DNA of 50,737 nt. Source: Candidatus Peregrinibacteria bacterium (GTDB taxonomy: Bacteria; Patescibacteriota; Gracilibacteria; Peribacterales; Peribacteraceae). The stretch lies in assembly GCA_016196295.1 (NCBI GenBank), contig JACPYA010000041.1:1-50737 (forward strand), in the 5' to 3' direction. Of the stretch, positions 33,201 to 40,352 are shown in pieces. The notes below the pieces were generated by a model. That model searched no databases. It was not told the DNA's origin and saw only the letters and a program-made list of their open reading frames with translations. The number at the start of each line of letters is the position of its first letter. The stretch's first letter is position 1. The position numbers and the translations under genes are program-made.

Positions 33201-35024
33201 GGAGACGCTGTAGGGAGACGCGGTATCTTCGCTCCCAAGGTTCGCCCCATCGAGGAAGAATTGGACTCCCGCAACGCCGACATTGTCCGCCGCCGCCGCA
33301 TCGACGTTCACCGCAGCGGAGAGGGTCGAACCGCTTGCGGGAGCCGTAATGGAAACCGTTGGCGCGCTTGTATCGTTTTCCACGGCAACGTTCACAACCG
33401 CTGAGCTCGTGATATTTCCCGCTGCGTCCCTCGCCACGGCGGTGAGGCCATGGGGTCCATTTATCGCCGTCAGGGTGTTCCAGGAGACGCTGTAGGGCGA
33501 GGCCGTATCCTCGGGCCCAAGGTCCTGGCCATCGAGCTTGAACTGGACGCCGGCAACGGACACGTTGTCTGTCGCATTCGCTGCAACGTTCACGACATTC
33601 GTCACCGTGCTGCCGTCAGAGGGAGCTGTCAGAGATACAGCCGGAGGCTCGCTGTCGAGATTTTGGACGATCACGTTGACGATCTGCGATGTCGTGCTGT
33701 TGCCAGCCGCATCGCGCGCGACGGCGGTCAGCTGGTGCGATCCTTCCGATGCCGTCGTGGTGTTCCACGAGATCGAATAGGGCGATGTTGTGTCCTCGGC
33801 TCCCAGGTTTATTCCATCCAATTTGAATTGCACGCCGGCAACGGAGATGTTATCGGACGCAGTCACGTTGATCGAAATCGTTCCCGCAAGAACGGACCCT
33901 TCGATGGGCACAGTGACCGAGACGCTCGGCGGTGTCGTGTCGGCATTCTGCACGGTAACTGTCACGACGGACGACGTGGTGACATTGCCGGCCGCATCGC
34001 GCGCGACGGCGGTCAGCTGGTGCGATCCTTCCGATGCCGTCGTGGTGTTCCACGAGATCGAATAGGGCGATGTTGTGTCCTCGGCTCCCAGGTTTATTCC
34101 ATCCAATTTGAATTGCACGCCGGTGACGGAGACGTTGTCCGTCGCGGTTGCCGCCACGGACACGGAACCCGCGACGGTCGCGCCTTCCGTCGGAGCAGTC
34201 ACGGAGACAGCGGGAGGCGTGGTATCGGGGGCCGAGTCTACGGGCGTATTCATGTCCGCTTGGATCTCGGTGGCGCTGAGCGCGCGCTTGTAGATGCGCA
34301 CTTCATCGATTTGGCCCCGGAAGTATTCGCCCCATACGGCATTGCCGCCGATGCGCAGCGGGTCGTTCGAGGTCGTGATGCTGCCCGTGCGCGCGGTGCT
34401 TCGGATCAGGTTTCCATTCAGATAGAGACGCAGTGAAGATGCATCATATGTCACCGCGAGGTGCGACCACGCGTTCGTCGGGAGCGACGCTGAACCGTAC
34501 ACTGCCGGGTAGGAAGATCCCCCGCTCCGCAAGAAGCCGGAGGGAACGTTGCCTTCATTGCCGGAATTGGCATAGAGAGCGTAGGAAAGTTCTCCCGGCA
34601 CTTCCTTGAGGATCACCGTGCGCCAGCCAATCGAAGCCGTCGGTCGCACCCACGCCTCCATGGTCATGCCCGTCGTCAGATCCAGCGATCCGTTCGGATT
34701 GTCGGTGATATTGACCCGGTCGTTGCTGCCGTCGAAATTGAGCGCAGAAGCGCCATACTTCTTGTCCGTCGTCGTCCACGTGGCTTGGAAGATCGATCCG
34801 TTGTTATTATTCCCAGAAATGTCATTGAGCGTTGCGCCGGATCCCTCGTTGAATCCGTACGCGGCGACGAGATCGCTCGCTGCTTGCGCTTGAAGGCGCA
34901 CGAGCGGGAAGACAGGAGGTACGACGAAAACGAAGGCAAGCAGAACAATGCAGATTGCCGCAAGGCGATCGCGACTGGGAAGAACGAGACGCATGAAAGT
35001 GGAGGGAAACGAGTTGGGGCGCAT
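30294..35024 (-). CDS. Giant surface protein: signal/TM, LamG-like lectin domain, about 7 Ig-like repeats, clan-A glycoside-hydrolase-like domain, 3 Ig-like repeats, unknown C-terminal domain
   Basis: 1576 aa with a LamG signature (LNFDG..D.V......MT.EAWV...W.H.A.TYD...LRLY.NG...IDEVRIY). The units of about 95 aa read TTPP.VSVT.P..GATV.G.V.V.A.A.DNV.V.GVQF.LDG.NLG.EDT.SPYS.SWNT. The TIM-barrel-like part has TNEPD and WITEV. Confidence 0.85.
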   Translation of the reverse strand: MRPNSFPSTFMRLVLPSRDRLAAICIVLLAFVFVVPPVFPLVRLQAQAASDLVAAYGFNEGSGATLNDISGNNNNGSIFQATWTTTDKKYGASALNFDGSNDRVNITDNPNGSLDLTTGMTMEAWVRPTASIGWRTVILKEVPGELSYALYANSGNEGNVPSGFLRSGGSSYPAVYGSASLPTNAWSHLAVTYDASSLRLYLNGNLIRSTARTGSITTSNDPLRIGGNAVWGEYFRGQIDEVRIYKRALSATEIQADMNTPVDSAPDTTPPAVSVTAPTEGATVAGSVSVAATATDNVSVTGVQFKLDGINLGAEDTTSPYSISWNTTTASEGSHQLTAVARDAAGNVTTSSVVTVTVQNADTTPPSVSVTVPIEGSVLAGTISINVTASDNISVAGVQFKLDGINLGAEDTTSPYSISWNTTTASEGSHQLTAVARDAAGNSTTSQIVNVIVQNLDSEPPAVSLTAPSDGSTVTNVVNVAANATDNVSVAGVQFKLDGQDLGPEDTASPYSVSWNTLTAINGPHGLTAVARDAAGNITSSAVVNVAVENDTSAPTVSITAPASGSTLSAAVNVDAAAADNVGVAGVQFFLDGANLGSEDTASPYSVSWNTTTASNGNHTLAARARDAAGNQTTSTTVSVTVSNPDTTPPAVSVTSPLNGATVSGSIGVAATASDNVSVASVQFKLDGGNLGVPDTVAPYSISWNTATVPNGSHQLSAVATDQAGNVAASNVVNVTVSNGGGTPLTLDGAVQFQAIDGFGVSANAASWDNGELRPALDMLVDQNGSTLFRVIIDEADWEQANDNADPAVYDWTYYNSLFSTPKFEELWATMAYLNSKGITNNLMLNFMGRGPLWNGGSDLPTATAEDEWVETVTAVASYARNNRGLQFGLFAPTNEPDWDIYEGVRMDAFQLPRVFEKLANKLDAIGLGDLRLVGPDTAAVCTGVNSYVPEITGNATVMNKLDHFSFHNYAGDSCGAGAAMPPGKNFWITEVSNIWDTLAHIGQGPSAILVWDGYDSVYNHATRAGRGSTPPNDVGNGTALLSYDTGTRTYTPRKAFYEFAQLFKFVPGGSRRIAANEGNGNVTIYAFHHSATGRVTIVGRNAGAGDVNFSATLANLPAVPMLEFYVTDNSNNFTRGADIPVSGNAFSFTAPGNSVFTLTFSGTPDTLPPAVSVTSPSNGATASGIIIVSANAADNVGVTGVQFLLDGVNLSAEDTTSPYSVSWNTTTATNGSHTLTARARDAAGNQMASAIVNVTVSNVVDTTPPAVSMTAPANGATVTGAVTVAATAVDDVGVAGVQFLLDGANLGTEDTTSPYSISWNTTTASNGSHTLTARARDAAGNTAASSVTVTTANTQTTGTIIIDPSSPARVTGDTSVTTALFNPPNNALLLVLISADAAIGSDPNIAITNNGTAIPWTLIRERSIVDPGAQEGEASAFYALLPTGRTGMTVTATMTDQAKRLSMKVYVVSGHNTVSPIGASGEGSSTTNNITPSLYTSTVSNSLGFGVAADWNASGFPSSTDEEDAFHVAGLVSGLSASKAASTAGAGTSVTMNFDAAGTAATKWNWVGFEVRPGN
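33706..34123 (-). repeat. 133-bp perfect direct repeat at 285-bp spacing inside the giant gene
   Basis: 33706-33838 is identical to 33991-34123 by direct reading. The 285-bp spacing equals one 95-aa Ig-like unit. Confidence 0.9.
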
Positions 35025-35066
35025 GATGCCCCTCCAAACCCCCTTTGTACAGACCTACATTTTGAA

Positions 35067-35421
35067 TGGCGGAGAGGGAGGGTCTGCTTCGCGCTTTTGC
35101 TCTGCAAAGCTACGCAAGGCAGAGAGCTACGCAGACCAGAAATGTCGTTTTGCGAATGAATATCCAGAGCCTTGTTTTAGATAACGTTCAAATATCTCGG
35201 CTTTCTGTCGGTCTGAAAAAGTTACGACAACTTCGATTTTCCACGGAACATGCGGGCTTGTTGTTTTAGTCAGTGTGCGATTGTGCTCATCCATTCGCAC
35301 ACGAGGATCTTTGGTTGTGTATCCTACATATGTCATCCGGGGATTTTTGATGCTTCGCAGAAGATATACGTGATACATAGTTCCCTATCGTAGCCAATTC
35401 TGCAAAGCTTGCGAAGTAGGA
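35067..35421 (-). mobile_element. Putative autonomous GIY-YIG mini-element bounded by tRNA-Ser 3'-end copies
   Basis: The left boundary is TGGCGGAGAGGGAGGG (35067-82, the same 16-mer as the 3' end of tRNA-Ser(GCT)) followed by the hairpin GGTCTGC...GCAGACC. The right end is GCAAAGCTTGCGAAGTAGGA, followed by TGGCGG. The ends are homologous to the ends of the 67- and 75-nt ORF-less units. Confidence 0.6.
35127..35378 (-). CDS. Small GIY-YIG nuclease-family protein
   Basis: 83 aa: MYHVYLLRS...TYVGYTTKDPRVRMDEHN...AEIFERYLKQGSG. The stop codon TAG lies within the GCGTAGCT core of the terminal hairpin. Confidence 0.75.
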   Translation of the reverse strand: MYHVYLLRSIKNPRMTYVGYTTKDPRVRMDEHNRTLTKTTSPHVPWKIEVVVTFSDRQKAEIFERYLKQGSGYSFAKRHFWSA

Positions 35422-35583
35422 TGGCGGTTCTTCTCCGCAAGCTACGAAGAACATTCACTTGCATTGCTCTGCACGAGATCCTACGTAGCTTGCGAAGTAG
35501 GATGGCGGTTCTTCTCCGCAAGCTACGAAGAACATTCACTTGCATTGCTCTGCACGAGATCCTACGTAGCTTGCGAAGTAGGA
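35422..35583 (-). repeat. Two tandem 81-bp units (a 75-nt MITE-like element plus the TGGCGG duplication) abutting the 3' end of tRNA-Ser(TGA)
   Basis: The units start at 35422 and 35503, and the third TGGCGG (35584) is the tRNA 3' end itself. Each unit has two hairpins whose 12-nt loops (TTCGCAAGCTAC and GTAGCTTGCGGA) are mutually complementary. Confidence 0.85.
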
Positions 35584-35673
35584 TGGCGGAAGCGGGAGGA
35601 TTCGAACCTCCGATGCTCTTGCGAGCATACCTGTTTTCAAGACAGGCCCGATCAACCACTCCGGCACGCTTCC
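35584..35673 (-). tRNA. tRNA-Ser (anticodon TGA) with a long variable arm and encoded CCA
   Basis: The reverse complement reads GGAAGCGTGCCGGAGTGGTTGATCGGGCCTGTCTTGAAAACAGGTATGCTCGCAAGAGCATCGGAGGTTCGAATCCTCCCGCTTCCGCCA. Confidence 0.9.
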
Positions 35674-35760
35674 AAAATAATGATAGCAAATTGGTGCGGG
35701 GCAAGCCGTCGCCTTAAACCACTCGGGGCCGAAGGCCACCCTTCGGGTCTCCCTCTCCAG

Positions 35761-36262
35761 ATGGAGCGGAAAGCGTAAAGCAAAGAGCGTAAAGTGCGAA
35801 GGACAGAAAGAAACCGTAAAGCTGAACAGGAGATTTGCTACGATAGGATCATGCATCAAGATAGCCCTTTGAAGAGAAAAACGTACGCATTCGCGTTGCG
35901 CGTGACATTGCTCTGCAAAAAATTGATGGAAGAGAAGAAAGAATATGTTCTGAGTAAACAATTTTTGAAGAGCGCGACGAGTATTGGCGCAAATGTCGCA
36001 GAGGCCCAACATGCGCAAAGCCGAAATGATTTTGCAGCAAAGCTTTCCATTGCCTTGAAAGAAGCCTGGGAAAGCGATTTCTGGATTCATCTTCTCTGTG
36101 ATGCTTCGTATATCGGGCACAGCACAGGAGAGGAACTCTTGAGAGATCTTTCGGAAATCATCGCTCTCCTCACATCGAGCATCAAGACAGCAAGAAAAAA
36201 TTCCCTTTAAACTCGCCACTCTCTGCTCTTTGCTCTGCGTTCTACGCTCTCTGCTTACTTCT
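35761..36262 (+). mobile_element. IVS-like hairpin element carrying a four-helix-bundle gene
   Basis: The 5' arm is GGAGCGGAAAGCGTAAAGCAAAGAGCGTAAAGTGCGAAGG. The 3' arm is CTCTCTGCTCTTTGCTCTGCGTTCTACGCTCTCTGC (GCAAAGAGC/GCTCTTTGC and AGAGCGTA/TACGCTCT pair). Confidence 0.65.
35851..36210 (+). CDS. Four-helix-bundle protein (23S rRNA IVS protein family)
   Basis: 119 aa from the ATG at 35851: TYAFALRV..LCKKL...KEYVLSKQFLKSATSIGANVAEAQHAQSRNDFAAKLSIALKEAWES.FW..LL. Confidence 0.85.
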   Translation: MHQDSPLKRKTYAFALRVTLLCKKLMEEKKEYVLSKQFLKSATSIGANVAEAQHAQSRNDFAAKLSIALKEAWESDFWIHLLCDASYIGHSTGEELLRDLSEIIALLTSSIKTARKNSL

Positions 36263-37808
36263 TCGTCTCGATGTTGAAGTTGAACCAGCTGGCATCGGCG
36301 TACGCGCGGTCGGTGACGGCGGCGCCGGATGAGACCATCTTGATCATGAGCGTGATGTAGCTTCCTGACGCAAAGGCTCCCCCCGCTTCCGGTCCCGTGA
36401 TGGTGGCTGTCGTCCACGTCGTCGCCTTCAAGCTGGAGCCGCCCGTGAGAGGGATCGGCGTGTTGTTGGTGTCGAGCGCGCGGACTTCCAGCCAGCCTCC
36501 CGACGCGCGGTAGCGAAACTCCATCGGCTTCGTGCTCTCCCAGCCACTGAACTGGTCGGGGATGCGTACGCGCGAGATGATCCAGTAGTTCTGGTTGCTG
36601 GTCTTCGTCGATTGCCAGCGGTAGAAGTTCACGGTGCTGCCGGAGTCGTAGCGAAGGCCCAGCGAGCCGACGGCGGACGTGGCCGCGCCGCTCTGGAAGT
36701 AGATCGCGTGGGGATATTCCGGGTTCAAGAAGATCATCGATCCGCTGTTGCGGGTCACGGCGGCGGCCTGCGTATCGATGTCCGCGCTCCACGAGAGCTG
36801 TCCGGCGCCATCCGTTTTCAGAACCTTGCCCGATGCGGAACCGTCGAACGCCGGGAAGGTGTAGGTGACCCCGTTGAGACGGATCGTCGATTTGAAGACG
36901 GCCGCGCCGCCGAAGGTCACGGCGCCGGTGGCGCTGAGCGTGCCGGTCGTGTGGACGTCCTCCGAGAATTCAAAACGATCTTCGGCGTTCTTGAACGTCA
37001 CCGTTTCGTTCGTCGTATCGGAGCCGAAGGTCAAGACGGTGTCCGCCGCGGTCTGGTCCGCGTTGATGGTGAAATCTCCTTTCACGCTACCCGCGCCGCC
37101 GATGCTGAGCGCGCCGGATGCGGTGAGAACGCCGGTGGCATGCACATCATCGCTGAATTCGAAGCGGTCTTCCGCGTTCTTGAAGGTCACGGTTTCGTTC
37201 GTCGTATCGGAGCCGAAGGTCAAGACGGTGTCGGCAGCGGTCTGATCCGCGTTGATGGTGATGTCTCCTTTAATGGTGGCGGAACCGCCGATGACGAGTG
37301 CGCCGGACGCGGTGATGACGCCCGTCGCGTTGAGGTCGTCGCTGAACTCAAAGCGGTCTTCGGCGTTGAGGAACTTCAAGGTTTCATTGGTCGAATCGGA
37401 CCCGAAGGTGAGGACGGCATCCGCGGCTCCCGCATCGGCATTGATCGTGAGGTCTGCTTTCGTTTTCACGTTGCCGCTCACGGTGAGCGTTCCCGAACCG
37501 GTGATGTTCCCGTCCGCGCGAATGTCATCCGTGAATCTGAATTCGGCATTTGTCCGATCCCAGTAAATTTTCTCATTCAGCGTCCCGCCGAAGCGCAGTT
37601 CCACGTCCGTCGTCGAGTCACCCTCATCGATCGTCTGGAAGGATTCCGTGTTCACCAGCAGCGTCGGGCTCCACGCGGACGTGGCTGCGAGAGCTCGCGG
37701 GACACTTGCGAGAAGACCGCTCACGAAGAGAGCGAGAGCCGCGCTCGTCATGCGTTTCTTCAAGAGGAATGCCACGGTGCGTTTGGGTGTGTGCATGTGT
37801 GTGTGCAA
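36255..37808 (-). CDS. Secreted repeat protein (tail-fibre or beta-helix-like repeats)
   Basis: 517 aa with a signal peptide and three tandem units of about 65 aa (VLTFGSDTTNETVTFKNAEDRFEFSDDVHATGVLTASGAL.IGG). It is a paralogue of 27176-28255. Confidence 0.8.
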   Translation of the reverse strand: MHTHMHTPKRTVAFLLKKRMTSAALALFVSGLLASVPRALAATSAWSPTLLVNTESFQTIDEGDSTTDVELRFGGTLNEKIYWDRTNAEFRFTDDIRADGNITGSGTLTVSGNVKTKADLTINADAGAADAVLTFGSDSTNETLKFLNAEDRFEFSDDLNATGVITASGALVIGGSATIKGDITINADQTAADTVLTFGSDTTNETVTFKNAEDRFEFSDDVHATGVLTASGALSIGGAGSVKGDFTINADQTAADTVLTFGSDTTNETVTFKNAEDRFEFSEDVHTTGTLSATGAVTFGGAAVFKSTIRLNGVTYTFPAFDGSASGKVLKTDGAGQLSWSADIDTQAAAVTRNSGSMIFLNPEYPHAIYFQSGAATSAVGSLGLRYDSGSTVNFYRWQSTKTSNQNYWIISRVRIPDQFSGWESTKPMEFRYRASGGWLEVRALDTNNTPIPLTGGSSLKATTWTTATITGPEAGGAFASGSYITLMIKMVSSGAAVTDRAYADASWFNFNIETKK

Positions 37809-37905
37809 TGGTTCTCACCAGTATAGCAAAATAGACATTCTTCTGCAATCCTCCTTATATTGACAGATCCGTCAAATATGATTTTTAATTCCTCTAGGCT
37901 ATACG

Positions 37906-39489
37906 TCATTCGGCGAGCAATTCGACCCACTGCAGCTTGATGTCGGCTGCTTTCATCTGCTCGGTGTCCTTGGCGTAGAGCCGCAATTTGATGATGAAGT
38001 CCTGCCCGGCCGTCCAGGTGGCGGCGCTAAACTCCACCTGCGTCGTCGCAAAGGATATGCTGGCGAGGTCCGTGGTAGACCCGGAGAGGGTCACCGCGGC
38101 ACCCGCCGTGTCATAGACGAAGATATCCATCTTGTTCTTGGCCGTATCCGTGCTGCTGCTGGCATACGTGACGGCGAGCGGATTGTCTTTCCAGCGTATG
38201 AAGTCCGACGGGATCGTCGCGCGAATGTTGATATCGTAGTCCTGCAGCGAGGTCTTCGTGCTCGTCCACACGTAGTGGTTTCGCAGCGAGCCGGTGCCAT
38301 TCACCCAGAGCTGTCCGACGTTGCTGCTTCCATCGGCGCCGTACGCGGCGCCCGGATACTGCGCATGCAGATACACTTCGGTCGTCTTCTCACGATCATC
38401 GCTGCTGAGCGCGCGGCGATCGGTCACCCCTCCCGCCGTGATGCTCCCGCCGGAGGTCGCCACTTCCGCGAGCGGAATGTAACTGATGTTCGTCGGGAAG
38501 CCGTACGTGCGAATGATGAGGCCTGTCGATGTCAAAAATACGTAGTTGGTTGCGCTGTTCGCGACATCCTGATTGCTTGCCCCCGCATAGTTCACGATGT
38601 TGCCGTTCAGCCGGTATCCGCCGGCCGCGATGTTGATCTTCAGCCCGGCGCCGGAGGACACGCGCAGGTGGGTATTTGTCGCGCTCGAAATCGCATTGAT
38701 ATCGACGCCGTTGATGAGCCCCGTCACGGTCAAGTTTCCCTGCACGCGCAACGCGCTGTTGAAGTCGAAGCGGCTGTTATAGGCATCGTACGAGAGGGTC
38801 TTATCGAGCGTCGTTCCGAAGCGCAGCACGACCGACCCCGTCGAACTCATCGTGTTGTCCGCGTCGATGGTGAAGCGGTTTCTGTCCGTGCCGCCGGCGA
38901 TTTGATCCACGCGCAGCAGTCCCCCGCTCTCGAGCACGGGGATCGCGCCGCTGCCCGTGCCGACGTCCCTGCGATCGATCATATCGGCGTTGAGCGCGGA
39001 AGGAACGGAGAGCACGGGAGAGCGATCGACGCTCGCATCGTTCGCATCCCGATCGAGGAGTTCGTAGGCCGTATCCGCCGCGGTCGATGCTTTCACTTCC
39101 ACCTGCAGGAAGAGGCTCGTGAGCGTATCCACGGGGACCGAGTCGATCGTCGGAAGGGCCGTGCCGCTCCCGAGCTGCACCGAAAAGTACCCGCGGCTGT
39201 CGGGCGTGACCGTGAAGACTTCGTACCAGCTCGCATAGTTGCTCGCACTCGTGTTGATCGCTCCCGTCGCCGTGACATCCCCGGAGACGTAGTCCGCGCT
39301 CTTCCAGTAACTGAAGCGAACCTTATGCGCGCTCGTGATGGGATCGCCGCTGCTATTCAAGAGATGACCGTTATACACGTGCTTGAGGGGGGCCGTGGTC
39401 GTCGCGGATGCCCGGGGAGAGAGCATCATCGCTCCCAACACCAGCGTGAAGACGAGCGCCGCGCCTGTGAGGAAATGTCGGCGTTTCAT
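37906..39489 (-). CDS. Secreted protein, unknown family (Tat-like signal)
   Basis: The ATG at 39489 gives MKRRHFLTGAALVFTLVLG. 527 aa, Thr/Ser/Gly/Asn-rich and beta-rich. Its start overlaps the upstream stop by 4 nt (ATGA). Confidence 0.7.
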   Translation of the reverse strand: MKRRHFLTGAALVFTLVLGAMMLSPRASATTTAPLKHVYNGHLLNSSGDPITSAHKVRFSYWKSADYVSGDVTATGAINTSASNYASWYEVFTVTPDSRGYFSVQLGSGTALPTIDSVPVDTLTSLFLQVEVKASTAADTAYELLDRDANDASVDRSPVLSVPSALNADMIDRRDVGTGSGAIPVLESGGLLRVDQIAGGTDRNRFTIDADNTMSSTGSVVLRFGTTLDKTLSYDAYNSRFDFNSALRVQGNLTVTGLINGVDINAISSATNTHLRVSSGAGLKINIAAGGYRLNGNIVNYAGASNQDVANSATNYVFLTSTGLIIRTYGFPTNISYIPLAEVATSGGSITAGGVTDRRALSSDDREKTTEVYLHAQYPGAAYGADGSSNVGQLWVNGTGSLRNHYVWTSTKTSLQDYDINIRATIPSDFIRWKDNPLAVTYASSSTDTAKNKMDIFVYDTAGAAVTLSGSTTDLASISFATTQVEFSAATWTAGQDFIIKLRLYAKDTEQMKAADIKLQWVELLAE

Positions 39490-40352
39490 GATCGGGAGAA
39501 GCGAGCGGAACGTTTCTGCTTGGATGTGCGATGTGCGCGTCTGCGTTTCTGAGGATTGTGGCTCGTCGCATCCCGCGCGAGGAAATCTTCGCTGCGCTGG
39601 AGCAGCCGGGCGCAGAGGAGAAGGAGGAGAAGCGCGAGCAGGAAGAGCGACCACGGGAGAGAGAGGGTGCGCAGGGGCTGCAAATCGAGGAGAGCTGCAC
39701 GCAATCCGACGAGACTTCTTGATTGGAAATGCCCGAGTGGCCTCTCGTACGTCGCGGCCGGTCGCTGACGTCGCTGTGCGAGCGGGAACCGGTTACGCGC
39801 ACTCTGCGAAGGGAGGAGACGGCGGAGGGCGCCGCGCAGCGAGCGCTTCGGGGCGCGTACGCTCCGGGGAAGCGTTGGCGCGGATGTTCGCAGTCGTTGT
39901 TCGCGTCGCTGGAGGACTCTCTTGAGGAGAGCGGCGGTTGAGGGCCGCACAGGCGCGGCCGGTCGCGCGGGAGCAGTCGGCCGCGCCGCTCTGTCCTTGT
40001 TCGGCGTGCGCGGTTTCGCGTTGGCGGCCGTCGTGCCATGACCGTGTACGCCGCCACTCGGGGCGACGGACGACTCGGAAGACACGGAAGATGTCGAACT
40101 CGCGGAACTGCCGGCGACGAAGGTGCTCGTGATCTGGAAGCTCGTCCCCGTGAGCGGCTGCTGGTTCCACGCAAGGCCCGTCTCATTGAGGTGGAAGCTC
40201 GTCGAATCCATGGTTGTTTGCGTCGCGTCATTGGGAAGTGTCTCTTCCAGGCGGAAAGATGTGCTCGTGAGGGCTGAGGCCGACACCGGGACACTCAATC
40301 CCACTAGCGTGCACACGACACGAATGCCGATGACGAAGAGAAGTTTTTTCAT
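39486..40352 (-). CDS. Secreted and anchored protein: triple STSF-motif domain, Ser-rich linker, Arg/Pro-rich region, C-terminal TM
   Basis: The ATG at 40352 gives MKKLLFVIGIRVVCTLVGLSVPVSASA. A C-terminal TM helix (WSLFLLALLLLLLCARLL) is followed by a basic tail. There are ATGA overlaps with both neighbouring genes. Confidence 0.6.
   Translation of the reverse strand: MKKLLFVIGIRVVCTLVGLSVPVSASALTSTSFRLEETLPNDATQTTMDSTSFHLNETGLAWNQQPLTGTSFQITSTFVAGSSASSTSSVSSESSVAPSGGVHGHGTTAANAKPRTPNKDRAARPTAPARPAAPVRPSTAALLKRVLQRREQRLRTSAPTLPRSVRAPKRSLRGALRRLLPSQSARNRFPLAQRRQRPAATYERPLGHFQSRSLVGLRAALLDLQPLRTLSLPWSLFLLALLLLLLCARLLQRSEDFLARDATSHNPQKRRRAHRTSKQKRSARFSRS

Noticed and set aside
35422-35583. Possible CRISPR array (81-bp tandem repeats), and likewise the 66-bp repeats at 42491-42622
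   Set aside because: Whole units are repeated with no unique spacers between short repeats, there are only two units, no cas genes are present, and one end is the tRNA 3' terminus.
35690-35760. Possible additional tRNA or tRNA-like RNA on the minus strand (…CCGAGTGGTTTAAGGCG…CCCCGCACCA)
   Set aside because: It has a D-loop-like string and a GCACCA end, but I could not build an acceptor stem, anticodon arm or T arm. It is probably another tRNA-derived fragment, and the evidence is too weak to call.
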